A DNA stretch of 32,000 bases, from assembly GCA_030549845.1 (NCBI GenBank), contig JAUQQN010000004.1, forward strand, positions 10,269 through 42,268. Reading direction: 5' to 3'. Origin of the DNA: Patescibacteria group bacterium. Lineage in GTDB: Bacteria; Patescibacteriota; Minisyncoccia; UBA6257; HR35. The position numbers and the translations under genes are program-made. Numbering within the stretch: the stretch's first letter is position 1; the number at the start of each line of letters is the position of its first letter. A model generated the notes under the pieces. It did not search any database. It saw only the letters and a list, made by a program, of their open reading frames with translations, and had not been told where the DNA came from. Below are positions 23,659 to 32,000 of the stretch, in pieces.

Positions 23659-25241
23659 ATAGAAAGATAAAGGGAGCTTAAAGACCAAAGCTGGACAGGA
23701 CATCCCTCAAATCGTAATTCTTTCGCTGAACTTAGTTCGCTCATATAGCCTAAAGTTCCCATTTTTAATAAATTTTTCAAGCTAGCTTCTTTAATTTTAT
23801 TTATTATTTCTTCATATTTTTTATAGGAGATCTCTCTCAGTGCATAGGAAGCAATATTATTTATCCAAAACCAAGAATCACCACTATGATAACTTCTTGG
23901 ATCTTCTCCTGTATGGACTTTGTGAAATTCTTTTGATTCCTTATTTTCTGAAGAAAACCCTCCCCATTCTAAATAAAATTTTTCAATTATCTTATCAAAA
24001 TATTGTAACCATTCATATTCTTCAAAAAAACTTTTACAAAAGAAATATCCTAAAAAAAGGTTTGGAGAAAGAATCTCGTTCTCTGGATAAGAGTTTGAGA
24101 ATATTCTTGCCTTTAATAATGTTTTATATTTTTTATATTCGTCAATCAAATTTAATTTTTCTAGCGCACTTAAGTACATCATATCAATCTCGAAAGCATT
24201 AATTCTATTTTTTGTGTCCATCCAAGTGCTTTTTGGTGGTAATGTTATTATCTCTTTTTTAAAGTCATTTTCCCAAATCTTTAGATATTTAATCAATAAG
24301 TCATAATTATCTTTTATTGCTTTATTGTCTAAAGAATTTATTAAAAGAAGAAAGGTATCTGCTGTTTTAAGAAAGTTCTCCTCCTTATTTTTATCCCATA
24401 TTTCTGCTAAATTGTTTAAATAAAAATTCAAAATCTTTCTTTTAATTTCCAAAATATCTTTATTGAAATTCAAAAATATTAAAGTTAGAAGTTCATCTCT
24501 AAACCACCTTTGAGGGAACCAAAATAAGCCTGCCCTGAATTTTTCTCCATTATATAATGAAAGAATTCTTGAAAATAAAAATTTTTTTAATGGATGTTGA
24601 ATTTCGATATCTATACCACCAAAATAATCTAATAAATCTTCTACCTCAACAACAATTTTGCTTATATATCCTCTCAAAGCTTTTAAAATTTTGAATTTCC
24701 ATTCTTTCGCGTTTCTATTCTTATCAAACTCAAAATCTTCTTCAATAAATTCATTTATAAGCTGCAAGTTTCCTTCAAAATTTATTTTAAAATACAGATC
24801 AAAATTTTCTTCTGTGTTAACAAATTGGATATAAAAAACATTGGTTGAAGGTAAAAAACTATACGGAATTTCTTTATTAAAAACTGAATAAAGTTTTCTT
24901 ACATCAAAATAAATAGTTAAAAAAAATGGCTTTATACTCTCTAAATGTAATTTCCCTTTGTTTAAATAAATTTTGACAACATTTCCATCCCTTAAATAAA
25001 GCTCAGCGCTTTTTGTATTTATTATTTTAATGCTTTCTATTTCTTCTTGAAGTTCAATATCAGAAATAACCTTAAAAATTCCTTCTTTTTTTTCTACCCA
25101 ATATCCCATATATATACTCTGCTTTTTATGAAACTCTTTTATAAACCAATGGTTGTTTTCCGCTAAAACCAAAATAGGATTTTCAACTTTTACTTTATAA
25201 AATTCTTGAAGTTCTTTTAATTCTTCATAAACAACTAACAT
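23655..25241 (-). CDS. amylo-alpha-1,6-glucosidase / glycogen-debranching-enzyme-like protein
   Basis: 528 aa. The segments FRAGLFWFPQRWFRDELL and GDSWFWINN resemble the GDE C-terminal (alpha/alpha)6 family. It lies directly downstream of the glycogen synthase. Confidence 0.55.
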   Translation of the reverse strand: MLVVYEELKELQEFYKVKVENPILVLAENNHWFIKEFHKKQSIYMGYWVEKKEGIFKVISDIELQEEIESIKIINTKSAELYLRDGNVVKIYLNKGKLHLESIKPFFLTIYFDVRKLYSVFNKEIPYSFLPSTNVFYIQFVNTEENFDLYFKINFEGNLQLINEFIEEDFEFDKNRNAKEWKFKILKALRGYISKIVVEVEDLLDYFGGIDIEIQHPLKKFLFSRILSLYNGEKFRAGLFWFPQRWFRDELLTLIFLNFNKDILEIKRKILNFYLNNLAEIWDKNKEENFLKTADTFLLLINSLDNKAIKDNYDLLIKYLKIWENDFKKEIITLPPKSTWMDTKNRINAFEIDMMYLSALEKLNLIDEYKKYKTLLKARIFSNSYPENEILSPNLFLGYFFCKSFFEEYEWLQYFDKIIEKFYLEWGGFSSENKESKEFHKVHTGEDPRSYHSGDSWFWINNIASYALREISYKKYEEIINKIKEASLKNLLKMGTLGYMSELSSAKELRFEGCPVQLWSLSSLYLSI

Positions 25242-26993
25242 TTATTTTCTAAAGCTAACGTAATAAAGATCTAAGTAATATTTAATCAGATTATCCCAAG
25301 AACATAAACTTGCTATTCTTCTTGCTTCTAATTTATTTTGTATTCTTGCAGACCGTGAAAGTCTTGCTATTTTTAACATAATTTCTGAAAGTTCTTCTAC
25401 AACTTCTATGTCTCTTCTGTTTTTTCTTCTAATAAAATAAATCCCTGGATATTCACTATTAAATTCAGTTATGGTTTTTAGATAATCACTAAACCCTGTT
25501 GTATCAGAAGTTATAGTCATAATCCCAGACAAAGCTGTTTCTAGTGGAGTATAACCCCATGGTTCATATAATGATGGAAAGACTCCTAAATGGCAACCTG
25601 AAATAGCATCTTCATATGAAAGATTTAAAAATCCATCTCCGCTTCTTAAATAAATAGGGTAATAAATAACTTTCACCTTATCTTCTGGTTTATTTAATAA
25701 ACCTACTGTTTTTAATAAGGATAAAATTTCATCTTCTGGTTTTAAAAGGTGAGTGGATATTGGATAAGTTTTGCTTGTTTTTAATTGTTTTATAATCTGC
25801 TGAATCTCTAAAAATTCTTCTTTTGAAAATAAAGTTTCACTTTGAATTTTTTCTTTATGTATTAAATAATGTACTAACCTTCCCTTAATTTCTGGCAAAA
25901 GATCCTCTATCTTTTCTTCCAAATTTCTATAGACATTTAAATTATTAAAAATTAAAGGATCTGGCCCTACTGTTTCAGAAGGAACAAAAATAAATGCATA
26001 AATTTGAGGGTCTTTTTCATTTAATTTTTTATTTAATTCTCCCAAAGCTCTTATAAAAATATCAATTCCTTTATTTCTAATTTCTTTCCTTCCACTTATA
26101 AAATATAAAAGGCTCTTTGAAACTTCTACTTTATAAAATGGCGAAAAGAAGTATAAAATAAAATCCCTTATCAAATCTCTGTTTTTTCTATGGAGATAAG
26201 TAATTTCTTCAATTGTAGCAAATTTTGTAATATCAATTCCATTAGGCAAAATAAAGTCTGGCTTTCTTTCTAATATAATTTCTGTTTCCGTTTTTAATAC
26301 ATTACTAATAACTGTAAAAAAGTCTGCTTTTTTAGCTGTAATCTTTTCTATCATATGCTTTGCTTCAACACCATACTTATAAGCTTCCTCATCTGGTTTT
26401 ATTGAATAAAGCTTTTCCCATAAATTACCTCCTGACTCGCTAATCGCTCTTCCTAAAACAGTAGCGTGCGTTGTAAAAATTGTTACAAAAGGTAATCTTT
26501 CAAATAAAATAATAGATCCGGATAACCACTCATGAAGATGCAAAACTTTAGGAATATTGGATAATTTTTCTCCTAATATTTTTAAAAATATAGAAGAGGC
26601 CCTACACCAAGCAATTGGATGATTATAATCATCTCCTGTTCTTAAGCTATCTACTCTATAATTTGCCCAGAGTTCATACTTCAATGCATTAACTTTATCT
26701 AAAAAACTTGAATAATCAATCAAAAAGCACTTTGGTCTGGAATTTATTAACCATTCTCCATAATAAACTTTTATTCCAAATTTTTCTGCTTCTTCTATTA
26801 CATCTTTAAAAATATCTGGTGGAGTAATTTGAGAAAATTCTAAATAGCTTACTTCTGGAATATAAGGCCCAAGTAAATAATATTCCTCGTTAAAGTTTTT
26901 TTGAATATAAGGAGCCTTGCCTTTAATGACTGTATAAATTCCCCCAACTTTGTTTGCTACTTCCCAACTTGCTTCTATTAATAATTTTTCCAT
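25242..26993 (-). CDS. glycogen synthase, GT3 (eukaryote-type) family
   Basis: The N-terminus EASWEVANKVGGIYTVIKGKAP closely matches the animal/fungal glycogen synthase motif EVAWEVANKVGGIYTV. At 583 aa it is longer than GT5 GlgA, and the segment HLHEW is also present. Confidence 0.75.
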   Translation of the reverse strand: MEKLLIEASWEVANKVGGIYTVIKGKAPYIQKNFNEEYYLLGPYIPEVSYLEFSQITPPDIFKDVIEEAEKFGIKVYYGEWLINSRPKCFLIDYSSFLDKVNALKYELWANYRVDSLRTGDDYNHPIAWCRASSIFLKILGEKLSNIPKVLHLHEWLSGSIILFERLPFVTIFTTHATVLGRAISESGGNLWEKLYSIKPDEEAYKYGVEAKHMIEKITAKKADFFTVISNVLKTETEIILERKPDFILPNGIDITKFATIEEITYLHRKNRDLIRDFILYFFSPFYKVEVSKSLLYFISGRKEIRNKGIDIFIRALGELNKKLNEKDPQIYAFIFVPSETVGPDPLIFNNLNVYRNLEEKIEDLLPEIKGRLVHYLIHKEKIQSETLFSKEEFLEIQQIIKQLKTSKTYPISTHLLKPEDEILSLLKTVGLLNKPEDKVKVIYYPIYLRSGDGFLNLSYEDAISGCHLGVFPSLYEPWGYTPLETALSGIMTITSDTTGFSDYLKTITEFNSEYPGIYFIRRKNRRDIEVVEELSEIMLKIARLSRSARIQNKLEARRIASLCSWDNLIKYYLDLYYVSFRK

Positions 26994-27755
26994 TTATAAA
27001 ATCTCAGTTAATACGAGATTTCCTTCTTTTAAAATTGCGACTGTAACTTCAAAATGGGATGAAAGTGAATTATCATGTGTTTTAAATTCAAAATCATTAA
27101 TTTGAACTGCATATTCTGATGAAAAGCTTGCCATTGGTTCTATTGTGAAAATCATTCCTCTTTTTAATTTTAAGCCCTTTCCTTTTTCACCAAAATTTAA
27201 AATTTGTAAATTTCCATGTAAATATTCTCCTATGTCATGCCCACATAAATTTTTTATCACTTTAAAATTATAACTTTCTATAGTATTTTTTATAGCAAAA
27301 CCTATGTCTCCCAATGTATTTCCTTCTCTTGCAATATCTATGGCATTAATTAAAGCTTTTTTTGTTGCCTCTATTAAAAGCTTCGCTTTTTCTGAAATTT
27401 TTCCTACACCTATAGTTTTAGCTGCATCTAGATAAAAATTTTTATAAATAATTCCTATATCCAGTTTTACTAGATCTCCTTCTTTTATTATTTGATTATT
27501 TTTAGCGATTCCATGGACTATAATTTCATTTAAAGAGATACAAATATTTCTTAGGAAAGGTCTTTTTGCAAAGTCTGGCTTATAACCTTTAAAAGCACTT
27601 TTTACATTATATTTTCTAAAAATTTCTCCAGCTTTCCTATCTATCTCTAAAGTTGGAATTCCTGGTCTTATATATTCTTCTAATTCCTGGAATATGTTTT
27701 TTAAAATATTCCCTCCTTCTTTCATTATTTTGATTTTTTCTTCAAATTTTTTCAT
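26994..27755 (-). CDS. map: type I methionine aminopeptidase
   Basis: 253 aa with metal-ligand contexts DIGIIYKNFYLDAA, GHDIG, FTIEP and HFE. Confidence 0.9.
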   Translation of the reverse strand: MKKFEEKIKIMKEGGNILKNIFQELEEYIRPGIPTLEIDRKAGEIFRKYNVKSAFKGYKPDFAKRPFLRNICISLNEIIVHGIAKNNQIIKEGDLVKLDIGIIYKNFYLDAAKTIGVGKISEKAKLLIEATKKALINAIDIAREGNTLGDIGFAIKNTIESYNFKVIKNLCGHDIGEYLHGNLQILNFGEKGKGLKLKRGMIFTIEPMASFSSEYAVQINDFEFKTHDNSLSSHFEVTVAILKEGNLVLTEIL

Positions 27756-28362
27756 TTTGGATATATTTTAAAACGTCCTTATGAACTTCGTTTTGGGATT
27801 TTTCTCCATTTATTTCAATTAATAATTTTCTTTTCTTTAACCAATCCAACATTGGTTTTATTTCTTTTTTAAAAACTTTTAACCTTAATTTAACAGATTT
27901 TAAATTATCATCAGGTCTTTTTTCTTTTCTACCCAATGCTCTTTTAATAGCTGTTTTATCAGATATTTTTAAGTAAAAAAAGAGAATTTTTACATTTTGA
28001 AAGTTTTTTAAAAAATTTAAATACGTTTTTGCCTCAAATAAACTTCTTGGTGATCCTGCAAAAATTATGTTCTTTTTTTCTTTTATTTTCTTTTTTAAAA
28101 CATTTAAAATAATATAGCTAACTAATCTATAAGAGGCAAGTTTTCCTTTTTCCATTATTTTTTTCTGTTTCTGAATATTTATTCTTATCTTCCCTATTTT
28201 TAAATATTTTTTCTTAAATGAATTAATAAAGTTTTTTATTTCTTCGCTTGTAGTTATAACTTCAAAATCTAACTTTTTAGACAATAGCTTCGCTTGAGTA
28301 TTTTTACCGCAAGCAGGTTTTCCTGTAAAGAAAACAATAGTTATAGAAGTAATTTTTTGCAT
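27742..28362 (-). CDS. adk: adenylate kinase (short-lid type)
   Basis: P-loop GKPACGKNT, then GSPRSLFEA and RPDDNLKSVKLRLKVF. The start is trimmed to ATG 28362 because the track ORF extends through tRNA-Ile. Confidence 0.75.
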   Translation of the reverse strand: MQKITSITIVFFTGKPACGKNTQAKLLSKKLDFEVITTSEEIKNFINSFKKKYLKIGKIRINIQKQKKIMEKGKLASYRLVSYIILNVLKKKIKEKKNIIFAGSPRSLFEAKTYLNFLKNFQNVKILFFYLKISDKTAIKRALGRKEKRPDDNLKSVKLRLKVFKKEIKPMLDWLKKRKLLIEINGEKSQNEVHKDVLKYIQNEKI

Positions 28363-28373
28363 ATTTGTGCTTA

Positions 28374-28445
28374 TGGGTGCGCCAGGGATCGAACCTGGGA
28401 CCTCTGTCTTATCAGGACAGCGCTCTACCACTGAGCTACGCACCC
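28374..28445 (-). tRNA. tRNA-Ile (anticodon GAT)
   Basis: Acceptor GGGTGCG/CGCACCC, anticodon stem CTGTC/GACAG with loop CTGATAA, and T-arm CCAGG TTCGATC CCTGG. Confidence 0.9.
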
Positions 28446-28474
28446 TTAATTAAAATTATAAAAAATTTTAAGCC

Positions 28475-28687
28475 TCATTGCATCATGAAGTTTTTAATTT
28501 CATTTTCTAAGTTATTTAACAATTCATCTATCTCTACTTGGGTATTAATTACTCTACTTTCTGCATTTAATTTTTGTAGTTCTTTATAAAGTTTAAATAA
28601 AGGCAATACAAAAAAGACAGCAAACACAACCAAAATTAAAAAAAGATTTATGATTTTTTTAAATTTAAAAATTTTTGACATTTTCAC
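28475..28687 (-). CDS. small bitopic protein, FtsB/DivIC-like (TM helix plus coiled coil)
   Basis: 70 aa with an N-terminal TM helix (LFLILVVFAVFFVLPLF) followed by a heptad-like Leu/Glu/Asn-rich segment. Confidence 0.4.
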   Translation of the reverse strand: MKMSKIFKFKKIINLFLILVVFAVFFVLPLFKLYKELQKLNAESRVINTQVEIDELLNNLENEIKNFMMQ

Positions 28688-29202
28688 AAAATTAAAATTT
28701 CAACTTTAAATAAATAATTATCTCCTTGTCTTAAGACCCTCACTGAGTTAATTTTTGCTTTTATTTTATTAGTTATCAAAATATTTTCGAGCTTTTTAAG
28801 ATCATCAAAATTCCCTGTTAATGAAAAAATAAAAGTTTTCGGTATATCCTCATTATCTTCTTCCTTAAGAATTAAGTTTTCTTTTTTAGCTAAAGAAATT
28901 ATTAAATTTTTAACATCTTGATCTGAAAGTTGAAGTTGAGAAAAAAGTTCTTTTTTAAATTGATTAAAATTTATTTTATATTTTTCTTCAATTTCTCTTA
29001 TTTTTTGTAATATTCTTCCTTTTATAATTTCTTTTTGTGTTTGTTCATTAATGATTCGTAAAATATTTTCTCTTTCTTCTATCGCAGAAGTAAGTTTCAC
29101 CATTAAAAGATTATTAGCCCACAAAAAAAGAGCAATAATTGAAATAAAAATGATTAAAAGGAAAATAATTTTTTTCAAAAGTAATTTAAAAATTATTTCC
29201 AT
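28684..29202 (-). CDS. membrane-anchored hypothetical protein
   Basis: 172 aa with an N-terminal TM helix, a coiled-coil-like stretch and then a small domain. It overlaps the downstream ORF by 4 nt. Confidence 0.45.
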   Translation of the reverse strand: MEIIFKLLLKKIIFLLIIFISIIALFLWANNLLMVKLTSAIEERENILRIINEQTQKEIIKGRILQKIREIEEKYKINFNQFKKELFSQLQLSDQDVKNLIISLAKKENLILKEEDNEDIPKTFIFSLTGNFDDLKKLENILITNKIKAKINSVRVLRQGDNYLFKVEILIL

Positions 29203-29211
29203 TAGATTCTA

Positions 29212-31128
29212 TTATAAATTATTTTCTTCTTCTTGAATAAACATTAAAAGTTCACTTTTTTCAATAATTTTTTCTCTTCTTGCAAATTCTTCTAATGGAG
29301 TAATTACCATTTCTTTAATAATAGGTTTAGGTGCCACTTTATGTTTTTTATTATATTTTAATTGAACTTCTCTTCTTCTGTTTGTTTCATTTATAGCTTC
29401 TTCCATTGATTTTGTTACCTTATCTGCATAAAGGATAACTTTACCATTTAGGTTTCTAGATGCTCTGCCTATTGCTTGAATTAATGTGGTAGAATTTCTT
29501 AAAAACCCTTCTTTATCTGCATCTAATATACAAACTAACGAAACCTCAGGTAAATCTAGACCTTCTCTTAATAAATTAACTCCAATTAAAATATCAATTT
29601 CTCCTTTCCTTAGTTTCCTAATTATTTCTGGTCTTTTTAATGTTTTTATATCTGAATGTAAATATTCTACCTTAAATCCATAATTTGATAAAAATTCTGC
29701 TAAATTTTCTGCTGATCTTTTTGTCACTGTAAGCACAAGAACTCTTTCATTTTTTTGTATTCTCTCGCTAATTTCTTTTAATAAATCAACTACTTGGTTA
29801 GACGAAGGCCTTACTTCTATTTCTGGATCAGGAATAAAGGTAGGTCTTATTAATTGTTCAACTATTTGTGCTGAATTTATTTTTTCAAAAGGACCGGGAG
29901 TTGCAGAGACAAATATTATTTGAAAGTTCTTATTAATAAATTCCTCAAAAGTAAGCGGTCTATGATCAATTGCTGAAGGTAGTCTCCATCCATATTCTAT
30001 TAGTGTTTCTTTCCTTCTTCTATCCCCTCGTGCCATTGCTTTAATCTGAGGTATAGAAAGATGAGATTCATCAATAAAGATAATAGTGTCTTCTGGTAAG
30101 TAATCTAAAATTGTATATGGAGGATCGCCAGGATTTTTAAAATTGAGATGTCTTTCATAATTTTCTATTCCAGGACAATATCCTTTTGTTTCTAAAAGCT
30201 TAATATCAAGTAAGGTTCTTCTTTTTAATCTTTCAGCTTCTATTATTTTGCCTGCTTTGATCAATTCCCAATATCTGTCTTTTAATTCTTGTTTTATATT
30301 GTATATTGCTAATTCTAATTTTTCTTTTGGAGTGACAAAAAATTTAGCTGGATATATTTTTATTCTCTCCAATTCTTCATAATTTGTTCTATCTATTATA
30401 AGTTCTATTTTATTTTTAAATTTCTTTAAAACCTTGAATCTTAAAATTTTTAAAACTTGATTATTTAATATTTCCAATAATATAAAAGAATTTCCATCAG
30501 GGAATGTTATTTCTATTTGGCCTGTAAATTTTTGAGAAAAACTATGTTTTTCAATTCGATAAGTTCCTGATTTAATTTCTCCTTTAAATTTTTCGTATTG
30601 CAGATCTTTTAATTTTTTAATAAATTCTTTTATGTTTAAAACAGAAAATTTTGCTATTTCTAAGCCTATTTTTTCATATTCTTCAGGGTTTCCTATTCCA
30701 TAAAGACAAGAAACAGAAGAAACAACTATGAAATCTCTTCTGGTCAAAACTGATTGAATTGTAGCATGTCTTAATTGATCTAAAAATTCATTAATTCTAG
30801 CATCTTTAGCTATGTATGTATCAGTTTCAGGAATATAAGCTTCAGGTTGGTAATAATCGTAATAACTAACAAAATAATGAACAGCATTATAAGGAAAGAA
30901 TGCATGAAATTCTTGAAAAAGCTGAGCAGCTAACATTTTATTTGGAGAAATAATAAAAGCAGGCCTTTTTGTCTTCTCTATTACCCAGGCCATTGTAGCA
31001 GTTTTACCGCTTCCTGTAACTCCAAGCAATGTCTGGAATCTATAGCCTTTTTTTAATCCTTCCACCAGTTTCTTAATAGCTTGGGGTTGATCACCTGTTG
31101 GTTTGAAATTTGTTACTAATTTAAACAT
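29212..31128 (-). CDS. uvrB: excinuclease ABC subunit B
   Basis: The start reads FKLVTNFKPTGDQPQAI. Walker A GVTGSGKT, DESH and helicase motif VI (QAIGRASRN) are present. Length is 638 aa. Confidence 0.9.
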   Translation of the reverse strand: MFKLVTNFKPTGDQPQAIKKLVEGLKKGYRFQTLLGVTGSGKTATMAWVIEKTKRPAFIISPNKMLAAQLFQEFHAFFPYNAVHYFVSYYDYYQPEAYIPETDTYIAKDARINEFLDQLRHATIQSVLTRRDFIVVSSVSCLYGIGNPEEYEKIGLEIAKFSVLNIKEFIKKLKDLQYEKFKGEIKSGTYRIEKHSFSQKFTGQIEITFPDGNSFILLEILNNQVLKILRFKVLKKFKNKIELIIDRTNYEELERIKIYPAKFFVTPKEKLELAIYNIKQELKDRYWELIKAGKIIEAERLKRRTLLDIKLLETKGYCPGIENYERHLNFKNPGDPPYTILDYLPEDTIIFIDESHLSIPQIKAMARGDRRRKETLIEYGWRLPSAIDHRPLTFEEFINKNFQIIFVSATPGPFEKINSAQIVEQLIRPTFIPDPEIEVRPSSNQVVDLLKEISERIQKNERVLVLTVTKRSAENLAEFLSNYGFKVEYLHSDIKTLKRPEIIRKLRKGEIDILIGVNLLREGLDLPEVSLVCILDADKEGFLRNSTTLIQAIGRASRNLNGKVILYADKVTKSMEEAINETNRRREVQLKYNKKHKVAPKPIIKEMVITPLEEFARREKIIEKSELLMFIQEEENNL

Positions 31129-31152
31129 TTTAAGTTAAGGAGAAAATAAAAT

Positions 31153-31236
31153 TGTCCGGGGCGGGAGTCGAACCCGCACGGCCTTAAAGCCACTGCCCCC
31201 TCAAGACAGCGCGTCTACCAATTCCGCCACCCGGAC
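31153..31236 (-). tRNA. tRNA-Leu (anticodon GAG), long variable arm
   Basis: Acceptor GTCCGGG/CCCGGAC, anticodon loop TTGAGGG, an extra arm (GTGGCTTTAAGGCCGT) and T-arm GCGGG TTCGACT CCCGC. Confidence 0.85.
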
Positions 31237-31399
31237 TATATTAATATTTTAACACGTAAGGGTTATGTATAAAAATTTATTATAATAAAATCTAAACCTA
31301 TAAAACAAATTAACTTTATAGATTTAGCTTAAATTATATACAAATTTTATAAAATTGTAATTTTTTATATTTCACGTTTTGCATAACTTAATATTTAAC

Positions 31400-32000
31400 T
31401 TATTTAGTAGCTTCATATAAAGCCTTAATTTCATCATCAGAAAGAGCTCGGTTGTAGATACGAACTTCGTCGATGAGACCTTGATAAAATCCGGCATAGT
31501 TTTTTCCTATTAAAACAGGCAAAGAGGAAACAGAAGGAGGAACCCATGAATAAGAACCATCATACGTCTTAAGACCATTTTTTATTAAATCCATTCTTTG
31601 TGATGCGATAATCCTTCTAACACCTACTTGATACCAATTGTTGTTAACCATATAAAAGGGACTACTACCATTATACCCGTAAGGACTACAATTACCACCG
31701 CAACTGCCTTGATAAAAACTCATATTTCCGCTAGTTTCCATCGTAAACATATATTCTCCTCCATATGCTTTACCTAATGGATTTTGTCTGCCTTTAGAAA
31801 TATTTGTCGGATATATAAACATAAGAATAGTCAAATCGCCCGTTATTCGAAGAGAGGGTGGATTTCCGATATCTACATAATCATTTACCCCATCAAAACT
31901 TAAAGCTTTACCTACTTTACCATCTACCCATTGAGGTCCATTATATAAGGTTCCATGATTATTGTTTCCTGATAAATCATAAGCTATATTTCCACTTCCT
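31400..32000 (-). CDS. LamG / concanavalin-A-like lectin domain protein (N-terminus beyond the window end)
   Basis: The frame stays open upstream of the track Met to the window edge: ...GSGNIAYDLSGNNNHGTLYNGPQWVDGKVGKALSFDGVNDYVDIGNPPSLRITGDLTI... The C-terminal segment GLIDEVRIYNRALSDDEIKALY is a classic LamG ending. Confidence 0.75.
   Translation of the reverse strand, partial: GSGNIAYDLSGNNNHGTLYNGPQWVDGKVGKALSFDGVNDYVDIGNPPSLRITGDLTILMFIYPTNISKGRQNPLGKAYGGEYMFTMETSGNMSFYQGSCGGNCSPYGYNGSSPFYMVNNNWYQVGVRRIIASQRMDLIKNGLKTYDGSYSWVPPSVSSLPVLIGKNYAGFYQGLIDEVRIYNRALSDDEIKALYEATK

Noticed and set aside
23840-24202. 120-aa plus-strand ORF
   Set aside because: It is antisense within the GDE-like gene and has no motifs.
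28363-28589. adk N-terminal extension (MRSSVVERCPDKTEVPGSIPGAPISTN) and plus-strand ORF 28365..28589
   Set aside because: Both simply translate the tRNA-Ile gene and its flanks. The GC-rich peptide composition reflects the tRNA sequence.
29051-29683. Track ORFs 29051..29236 (+) and 29486..29683 (+)
   Set aside because: They are antisense to the 172-aa membrane protein and to uvrB respectively.
31292-31327. AT-rich imperfect hairpin (ctaaacctataaa / tttatagatttag) downstream of the LamG gene as a terminator
   Set aside because: It is plausible. The stem is all A/T with a mismatch, and such hairpins arise easily in this composition, so support is too weak to list as a feature.

Overview
The window is strongly AT-rich and very gene-dense, with short or overlapping gene junctions. 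It holds about 37 protein genes and 5 tRNAs, mostly housekeeping. These include cell-wall and division genes (mraY, a D-Ala-D-Ala carboxypeptidase, murG, ftsW), ribosomal genes (rplU, rpsI, rplM, a truncated rimP) and dnaG-rpoD-dnaX. Also present are miaA, thrS, lepA, adk-map and uvrB. The reduced housekeeping set, prepilin-like and LamG surface proteins, and near-absence of Shine-Dalgarno motifs suggest a small-genome Patescibacteria/CPR-like bacterium. That assignment is inference only. The most unusual locus is a GC-rich ~180-nt mini-cassette at 20460-20680 on the minus strand. It has a consensus sigma70-type promoter, the only strong Shine-Dalgarno in the window, an unannotated 35-aa CxxC-x9-CxxC polybasic ORF, and three GC-rich hairpins, two of them perfect stems. 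It sits directly upstream of an unknown 171-aa ORF and thrS. Other points of interest:
- an orphan 304-aa protein beside tRNA-Pro with an ADP-ribosyltransferase-like motif pattern
- a prepilin-signal protein carrying a 7-blade propeller with a near-identical 98-nt internal DNA repeat
- a eukaryote-type (GT3) glycogen synthase next to a debranching-enzyme-like gene
- a domain-truncated RimP and a TGS-less ThrRS
- an ORF interrupted by one in-frame TGA
No CRISPR array, rRNA or recognisable transposase was seen.
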